From Hydrurus foetidus (lineage: Eukaryota): a stretch of DNA of 38,554 bases. Of the stretch, positions 31,830 to 38,554 are shown one piece after another (position 1 is the first letter of the stretch; every line of letters starts with the position of its first letter). Under the pieces are notes generated by a model. It did no database searches. It saw only the letters and a program-made list of their open reading frames with translations, and had not been told where the DNA came from. Both the position numbers and the translations under genes were made by a program. The stretch covers positions 1-38,554 of the forward strand of contig UYFQ01000627.1 of the NCBI GenBank assembly GCA_900617105.1, written 5' to 3'.

Positions 31830-34718
31830 TTAAAGATTTTTACGAAGTGTTTTATCAACTAACTTATAAGATAATGCATTAAATAATGGTAAAAGTAATC
31901 GTTTTGTTCCAATATCAGCATTATTATCCTTTGAAGCTACCTTAATAACAACGCAGGTCCCATCAGCAACTTTTTCTTTGATCCAAAACTGAGCAAGGTC
32001 CAAGTGCCTTAAACCACGTGTTATATGGGTTACTTGTGAGGAAGTAACACATGCACTATTATCTTCTTCAATTATGGTTGGATTTTGTTTCCAACCCATT
32101 TGGTTAAGTATACCACGATTTGCTATTACTTCACACTTGAGAGTATGGTTAACTGCCTTAATTTCCGATTCAGCAGTAGAAGTAGATACGCTGCCTTGGT
32201 CGGTACTACACCAACATATAAGTGATCCTGCTAGATATCCTAAATAACTTGTTTGCGAATGTCCATTGTCGAGATTTCCTCCAAGGTCTGCATCGCATTG
32301 GAACGACAGCTGCATAAGCTCTGTCATAGTGTTTATGTCTGTGGGTCCGTTGTGGGTGCTGAACTTGAGTCGATCATCTTTAGAGTGTTTGGCGTAACGT
32401 ACAAGGTGTTTGAGAAATACAATGTGTCTTGGACCTGGATTGATTCCGTATCGAGATAGAATATTCAGTGCATACATGATTGTAACCATAGTATGTACCA
32501 TACCGTACATGAGTTGACCAACAACTTTGCGATATGGATATTTTGAACATTCTACTTTTTGATCTTCTGTTGGACAGTCTTGTTTTGAAAGATTCGGTCC
32601 ATCAGTAGGATATGGAAGTTTTGCGTCAGGTGCACCAGTCATATTTGCATCTGCTACTATTGATGTTATCATACGGGTTTGATCCATATAGTAGTTGTAT
32701 TCCTCATCGTGATAAATATGGATACCAACAAATTCTTTACTTGTTGCATCAGTTACTTCATATTTATACTTGTTGAATGTTTTGATGAGTATGTCCCATT
32801 CTTCAAGATTTTCTTTTGACCCAAACCATCTAAAATCATCGCTGTGCGCAATTATGATTATAGGTTTATTCTTTTTCCATTTGTAGAATAATTTAAGGTC
32901 CCAAGGTGTATTAATGTATCCGCATTCTCGGACACATATATCGAACGCTTTAGAGAAGTTTTGACCGGATGGTGGAAAACCGTATAAATTTCCGATAGCT
33001 TGTATAACATACCCTGGTCTTATTTTGTATCCTTGAGGTGTTTTGATAAAAACTGGAAAGTCTGGGTTGGCTAATGTTACGAGGTATGCTCCGACGAGAT
33101 CACCTCCCCGCATTTCAAGCTTGTAAATGGCCGCAATGACTAATGCAATCTTGATGGAGCTGGCGGAGACATTACCGCAATATACAGCATTGGGGTCAAA
33201 GTCAATCCATGGTATCATCATATCACCCCGTCCGACTAGGCGTGCTTTCTTAGTTCCGTCTGTTTTGACACTAAATAGCCACATCATAGGTACGAGGTGT
33301 TGTCCTGTATCAGGTACTTCAGCGAGGCAATTGTTTAATTCAAACTTAGATCGCTCTGTATTCACTGCAGTAGCCCAGTCTGGATCCTTAATTGCTTGGT
33401 AGAACGTTTTAGGGATGGATGGGTCTTTAATTTGAGTTGTCAATAGGTAATGGTTCGATTCCACCATTGACAAGGGGTACTCCGAGTTTTCTGTTTGAAA
33501 ATTATACCAGTAGACTGGTAAATCTGGTTCTGTAAAATTAACAAGTGAGTTTGATGGTGCTTTCCACTCTTGTATCGGCGGATTGATTGTAGGTGGTGTG
33601 TCAACACGTTGTACACCTGAGTGTGTATCATGTACGACTGGTGCAGGAACAGGGGTGTCTGTATGCTCAACAGTAGGTACGATCTGAGATGAGTGCGTCG
33701 AAGGGACGGGTGGTGCAGTATCAGGAATGACGGAAGGAAAGTTAATTGACTGGTCGAATATAACATCTTTGCTGCTGCGCACTTTGCCGTAGGTACCGTT
33801 CGAATTAATCTCTATAACAAAATATGTTCGTGTGAGTGTAGATGTAAAATCGTACCCAACGAAATGTGCATTATATGCTCGAGCGCATCCAATTTTACTT
33901 GTTCGATCTTGACTAGGAGTGTGGACGTAACAGCGAGACCAGAAGGGGTGAAGCTCTTTAACATCGACGTGACTCCCCGTATTGAAGTGATACGGCGAGG
34001 TGTTAATCCGGTGGTTATAGTTGAACGAGTGGGTAACGCAAGCATATGCCATTGCAAGATCCCAATACTTCTGTGGAACAGGTGGTGTTGGTGCGAGCAT
34101 TGCAATGTTTGTCTTTGTCTCTATTGTCTGAACTGTTCGTTCAGCAATTCCATTAGCATGTTTATCGCGGGCTGGGGTGCGTTCTATACGGTACCCAAAT
34201 GCAGATGCACATGCAGTGAATTCCTCGGACCGGTAACTTTTCTCAGAATCAACTCTGATAAAACGGTCACATGGTGTGGCAGGGTCTTTCCACCATGGAT
34301 GGGCAACAAGAAATATGGTCAATTGATGACAAATATCTTCTGAAGAACGATCTTTAGTGAATAGTGGGAAAATTTGCCCTGTGGCTATGTCAGTCAATAA
34401 ATCACAATACTTAGATCTACGATAAGATAAAGAAGTATGTGTATATGCATCAAGCGAAAACTGCTGTCCGGCGACAGTAGGTTGTTCGCGATGTTGACGA
34501 CGGTGATCGGTATTGGTTTGTCTCATGCCTCCGTAAACACAGGAAGCGCACACGGGACGAGAGGCCGATGCATCACGGAAGGTGTATGCGGCGTTTACGG
34601 TATTTTTCTGATGCCATGCCATGCCAGCGTAGCCGGGATGTCCTAGTACAGAGTGGACGTGGTCATATAAGGAGGGGACAGAGTGACTCGTGACCAACAA
34701 GTCAGCCCTCGGTTGGAC
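31830..34718 (-). CDS. Copia pol: integrase, reverse transcriptase, RNase H
   Basis: HHCC (HSVLGH...CASC), SLDA/RVDSE/NGIAER, KARLVGRG, NLYG, AHSDD, CDAD/STAESE/EDN/ADIGTK. Confidence 0.95.
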   Translation of the reverse strand, partial: VQPRADLLVTSHSVPSLYDHVHSVLGHPGYAGMAWHQKNTVNAAYTFRDASASRPVCASCVYGGMRQTNTDHRRQHREQPTVAGQQFSLDAYTHTSLSYRRSKYCDLLTDIATGQIFPLFTKDRSSEDICHQLTIFLVAHPWWKDPATPCDRFIRVDSEKSYRSEEFTACASAFGYRIERTPARDKHANGIAERTVQTIETKTNIAMLAPTPPVPQKYWDLAMAYACVTHSFNYNHRINTSPYHFNTGSHVDVKELHPFWSRCYVHTPSQDRTSKIGCARAYNAHFVGYDFTSTLTRTYFVIEINSNGTYGKVRSSKDVIFDQSINFPSVIPDTAPPVPSTHSSQIVPTVEHTDTPVPAPVVHDTHSGVQRVDTPPTINPPIQEWKAPSNSLVNFTEPDLPVYWYNFQTENSEYPLSMVESNHYLLTTQIKDPSIPKTFYQAIKDPDWATAVNTERSKFELNNCLAEVPDTGQHLVPMMWLFSVKTDGTKKARLVGRGDMMIPWIDFDPNAVYCGNVSASSIKIALVIAAIYKLEMRGGDLVGAYLVTLANPDFPVFIKTPQGYKIRPGYVIQAIGNLYGFPPSGQNFSKAFDICVRECGYINTPWDLKLFYKWKKNKPIIIIAHSDDFRWFGSKENLEEWDILIKTFNKYKYEVTDATSKEFVGIHIYHDEEYNYYMDQTRMITSIVADANMTGAPDAKLPYPTDGPNLSKQDCPTEDQKVECSKYPYRKVVGQLMYGMVHTMVTIMYALNILSRYGINPGPRHIVFLKHLVRYAKHSKDDRLKFSTHNGPTDINTMTELMQLSFQCDADLGGNLDNGHSQTSYLGYLAGSLICWCSTDQGSVSTSTAESEIKAVNHTLKCEVIANRGILNQMGWKQNPTIIEEDNSACVTSSQVTHITRGLRHLDLAQFWIKEKVADGTCVVIKVASKDNNADIGTKRLLLPLFNALSYKLVDKTLRKNL

Positions 34719-37700
34719 CTACGGGTCCTCGATGTAGATGCCGCCTTTGACAGTTCCACGAGTGGTCTCGATACCAATCTCGGAGAATAGTTTTATAGCG
34801 GGTAAGGTGGACGCGAGTTCAAACATGCGGAAGTCTGTGCCGGTGAAGACACCAACGTGTGGTATTCCAGAGTCGCCACCTTGGCAGTATTGGGATAGGG
34901 AGACTAGGGTCTGATGTCCCATACCGTCAATGACGATGGCGTCGAGTCCTAAAGGGCCAAGTTTGCCACGTTTGGATGGCTGGATGGAAGGTCCGAATGC
35001 ACCTTGGACAGATAAAGTACCGCACTCAGTAACATCATGTAGGTTAGACACATGGGAGGTGCCAGTGATGGAGCATCCTGAGTCGAAAATAACCTGAGAG
35101 GTGTTGGAGAGGGCATTGAGAGTGTGTGTCTCAATGACAAGGTTGGCGCTGTGGTCTTCAGATATCTCATCATGTTTGCGTTTTGGAGGCGTTGGTGGGC
35201 GGATCGGTAACGATGATATTGATATTGGCCTTAAGGCGTCGTCAGCATAACCATCTGTAGTGTCTGCAATAGGTGGACCGAAAGCGGTATCACGAGGTGC
35301 ATGGGTAGTAGCAGAGGTAGATGCGACAAATGAGGAAGATTGCGACAATGCAGTCGAGGATACCGGGGGGTAGGTGTATGGAGAAGGTCCATGATGGCGA
35401 ACCAAGAATGGCTCTAGCCGATATTCTACACCCTCCACTTGAGGTTCGCCAATTTGTAGTACTGGTAGGTTCTCGGGTACGAGATCCTCTATGTCCTCTT
35501 CTGGAACATATCGCTGAAAGGTTGTTGAAGGTACGTCGGCGTACTGAATCTGAGGAGATAGCAGGGGGGGACGTGTGTATCGATGGTGCGTCCGAGGTGT
35601 AGTGAACTTTTGGGCGCGAGTGTCCGGTGTAGGTAGTTCATCTGCGAACTGATATGGGATAGGACAAATCTCTGTGATGATGGCTTGAAACACTTCAAAC
35701 AGATGAAGGTGTGGTTCTGAGCGGTCAAACTTGTCGGTATAGATCTGATGGAGAGAGTCTTTCATTAGATCGCGTAGTCCGGCTAGGTTGTTGGCAGTAC
35801 CTTCACGATGTCCTATGAGTGTACGCATTGTCTGAGCTGTGAATGCCATAAAGTCAAAGATGAGGGCGAGGACATAATACATTTTAATAGACTCTGGTAT
35901 TTGTTTCCTGAGAATATTTGCATATGTGGCACCGTACACTTGTATGTTAGTTATACTAGATACATATGAGCCTTCTTCACCCGGCTTATGGTATGCCGTG
36001 TCTACGGGATCAAACGTCATAAACGCGCGGGCTTCCCATACAGGATCTGGAATCATGTAGGTGACTTCAGCATCGAGGTAGTGGCGTCCAATTGTGTAGA
36101 TCACGTGCATAAGTGGTAGTGACGCTCCCCGGATGTCTGCACGCACATTAGAATGATGGAATGAACGGCTCCGGTCAAGCCAGCCGAAGATGGTAAGAAT
36201 TGGTGTGCCATTCTTAGCATCACGTGAGGAGGATATAAATTGACGGTAGTCGGATATATCTCCTAAGTCGTCGGGGTCTTGAATAGTAGTGTTATACTGG
36301 TTTATCATACGTAAGAGGAGTGTGTGAGTCGTCGTGGTAAGCTGGAGTGCTCGAGGTGGAGGGTCACGTACACTTGGTACCCGGATAGCTGATGCAGCAG
36401 GTGAGTGTAGGTCGGGCTGCTCATCGAGATCTGTGTCGATGCGACGAGGTGCGCGAACAGGTGTTGAAGGCGCTGCATCAAGTGTGCGTGGTACAATGAT
36501 GCCTGTGGCATTATCAATGAGGGGTGGGATGGCATCCCCTTCATCGTCGGTCTCGGTGTTGACTCGAAGCATGTTCATGTGTCCGCGCTTCTGTCCTGCT
36601 GTAGACCCACCCTGTGCTGCCGCTAGAATTGAGCCATCGCGCCAATTATCCCCTGTGCTTCCATTGTTGGATGGAGTGTCGGAGTTTCTTGTAAGCACGT
36701 TTAGCGCGTACATCTGCTTGCGGGAGTACCCTATAGGGTTCCCTTCACGTGGTCGGCCCATGGGTGGTCCGACTAGCTCCCGGTGCATGGCGGTGATGTA
36801 AGATGGCGGATTCTTCTTTGCTTTTGGTGCAGGTTTGTCGGTGGAAGTAGGTTTTGAAGGTGGTGGTGGAGTACTGGCAGTGGCGGGTGATGGTCCCCTA
36901 TGAAGGTACTTGCATTTATCTCCAAATTTGCACTTCCCGGCGGCAAAGCCACGGCAAAGTTCTGTCTTCTTGTCCGTCGCGGTAAGTGTCTTCATCTGAT
37001 GGCGCGTGTGGGTTGAGTCGATGGCGTTGGCGAGTTCCATGATGGCAATGATGGCTTGGCCATATCCGAAGTTGCAAAATGAAATCTGGGCCATGCATGC
37101 TTCCACTCCTGGTCGCTTGTCAAACTGAAATAGTGACATGAGTTGTGCCATCTTGAGCTCCTCATGCATCGTCTTTTCCATGGCGGCGTCCAGTTCGCGG
37201 TAATAGTTGTCCAATCTGATAACATCCTTCTGTATTGGAACGCTGTTATCGACTTTGAACTCGTTGATCAGACGGTTGATTCTGATCATATCTTTGCCGG
37301 CGTGACCACTAAAATACTCTTTGAGAGCGGCGTAAATCAGATTTGGGTTCTGATTCAGGAATCCCTCTTGGGCAAGATAGTAGATAGACCGGTGGCAAAG
37401 GTAGAATAAGAGCGGGAAACATCTTGAGAAGTCGTGGTCGAACTTCCCAACGTCATCAGCGGAGAGTCGGTATTCGATGCCCTTATATGTGACGACATAT
37501 GGCAATCGATATCCCGTTGGGTTCGAAGGTGATGGCTCCGGTTGTTGGCGCACGCCGTTCATGAGAGTCAGCAAGTTGTTCATGCTGAAGATGGATTCAG
37601 CTGTCCTGAACGTCTCATGGCTCTTGTGAAGGTTCTCGCTGGTGATTGCGACAGCTTTCATAGCGTCAAAATCGGCTTGCGAGGTCTTCTGATAATTTGA

Positions 37701-38021
37701 GTAGTGGATGGGAGGATGGCCGATGATTGGCGCTCCCTTAACAGGCGAAGAAGCCTCCTCAGACCTCCTGTAGTTGGAAGGAATCGGTGATGAGGCCTGC
37801 CTTTCCATTCTCTCGATGTCTTTGACGACAAGGTCCTTCAATCGGACATCATATGCAGATGTCTCGACAGCTTCTTTTCGAAGTGACGGCGGCGTAAGTG
37901 GCGATCTTACGGTCGTCGTAGGAAGTCGCAACCCACCGAGAGCGGATGAGCTGCGTGTCGTGGCTGGTCTTGTGAAGCCTGCTTGCTTCATAGATGCCAA
38001 TTTTTCCTCTGATTCGGTCAT
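34719..38021 (-). CDS. Copia gag-protease with a CCCH finger and a large extra region
   Basis: 1100-aa ORF with CRGFAAGKCKFGDKCKYLH and protease motif VIFDSG; ends in a TAG in frame with pol. Confidence 0.9.
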   Translation of the reverse strand: MTESEEKLASMKQAGFTRPATTRSSSALGGLRLPTTTVRSPLTPPSLRKEAVETSAYDVRLKDLVVKDIERMERQASSPIPSNYRRSEEASSPVKGAPIIGHPPIHYSNYQKTSQADFDAMKAVAITSENLHKSHETFRTAESIFSMNNLLTLMNGVRQQPEPSPSNPTGYRLPYVVTYKGIEYRLSADDVGKFDHDFSRCFPLLFYLCHRSIYYLAQEGFLNQNPNLIYAALKEYFSGHAGKDMIRINRLINEFKVDNSVPIQKDVIRLDNYYRELDAAMEKTMHEELKMAQLMSLFQFDKRPGVEACMAQISFCNFGYGQAIIAIMELANAIDSTHTRHQMKTLTATDKKTELCRGFAAGKCKFGDKCKYLHRGPSPATASTPPPPSKPTSTDKPAPKAKKNPPSYITAMHRELVGPPMGRPREGNPIGYSRKQMYALNVLTRNSDTPSNNGSTGDNWRDGSILAAAQGGSTAGQKRGHMNMLRVNTETDDEGDAIPPLIDNATGIIVPRTLDAAPSTPVRAPRRIDTDLDEQPDLHSPAASAIRVPSVRDPPPRALQLTTTTHTLLLRMINQYNTTIQDPDDLGDISDYRQFISSSRDAKNGTPILTIFGWLDRSRSFHHSNVRADIRGASLPLMHVIYTIGRHYLDAEVTYMIPDPVWEARAFMTFDPVDTAYHKPGEEGSYVSSITNIQVYGATYANILRKQIPESIKMYYVLALIFDFMAFTAQTMRTLIGHREGTANNLAGLRDLMKDSLHQIYTDKFDRSEPHLHLFEVFQAIITEICPIPYQFADELPTPDTRAQKFTTPRTHHRYTRPPLLSPQIQYADVPSTTFQRYVPEEDIEDLVPENLPVLQIGEPQVEGVEYRLEPFLVRHHGPSPYTYPPVSSTALSQSSSFVASTSATTHAPRDTAFGPPIADTTDGYADDALRPISISSLPIRPPTPPKRKHDEISEDHSANLVIETHTLNALSNTSQVIFDSGCSITGTSHVSNLHDVTECGTLSVQGAFGPSIQPSKRGKLGPLGLDAIVIDGMGHQTLVSLSQYCQGGDSGIPHVGVFTGTDFRMFELASTLPAIKLFSEIGIETTRGTVKGGIYIEDP

Positions 38022-38554
38022 GTCGTTTCGTCGAGGCTGATGAGTCGAGTTTTCAGATAAGACGAGTTAGACGAAGCCGTTGAGTGATTCGGGCGAGAAT
38101 ATTCAAATAGTTACAGCTTCTGTATCGGTTATTTGACTACTCAATCGCTACCATGTCATATGGGTTGCATTACCTGATGTCGCTGACACTCAGGTAGATC
38201 GTCTGCTGCAGGCAGAGCTCTCAGTCAAATAAAGAATATTGTCCGGCGACAATTCTGTAGACTATGCTTGATTAGATTACTGACAGGCAAAAGGAAACAA
38301 CAAAGCTATTCTGCAAGAATTCACGTGGATAACCTAGCAGTTGAGAAGATCATGAAATGATGTCATTTCTCACTGCGGAGACCAACGGAGGGTATCGGAT
38401 TGCCGGTTGGGTGTTGGATTTCAAAATAATTATTTTTGAATTGTGGGATCCTGGACCTATCTGAAATCATACTTCAATGTATCTTTTTACGTAACGGCTA
38501 CTATACGTACATACTATATCCGTATACTATATCAATGAATTACAATCGCATGAC

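Larger units (their letters stand above)
31148..38554 (-). mobile_element. Full-length, young Ty1/Copia LTR retrotransposon
   Basis: LTRs 31148-31549 (402 bp, TGTCAT...ATGACA) and 38154-38554 (last base cut by the window); one mismatch seen. PBS-like TGGTAGCG at 38153-38146 and PPT-like GGGGAG at 31555-31550. Confidence 0.97.

Overview
A eukaryotic chromosome end, probably from a stramenopile/ochrophyte alga (inferred from the TTAGGG telomere, a diatom-type Copia, an RGS-LOV photoreceptor and a CRT-like transporter). From left to right: (1) a telomere whose distal 1.2 kb reads (TTTTAA)n, probably a nanopore miscall; (2) a subtelomeric patchwork of a Penelope-like RT fragment fused to a triplicated 28S rRNA pseudogene with an 8-nt deletion at the R2/I-PpoI site, a 143-bp satellite and an interstitial telomere tract; (3) an AT-rich island resembling giant-virus DNA (about 5.6-10.7 kb), with a GIY-YIG fragment, a C2H2 zinc-finger pseudogene and three copies of a hairpin repeat; (4) nested transposons: a TIR element carrying a deleted Copia, and a pogo-like element; (5) three host genes; (6) a complete Ngaro-like tyrosine-recombinase retrotransposon; (7) a young Copia with unusual features. 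The strongest candidate for an undescribed system lies in the virus-like island: a 2.4-kb element (8287-10689) with 398-bp inverted repeats ending in an AAV-like T-shaped hairpin in flip/flop configuration, carrying a decayed P-loop ATPase. All calls come from reading the sequence by eye; no database searches were run.
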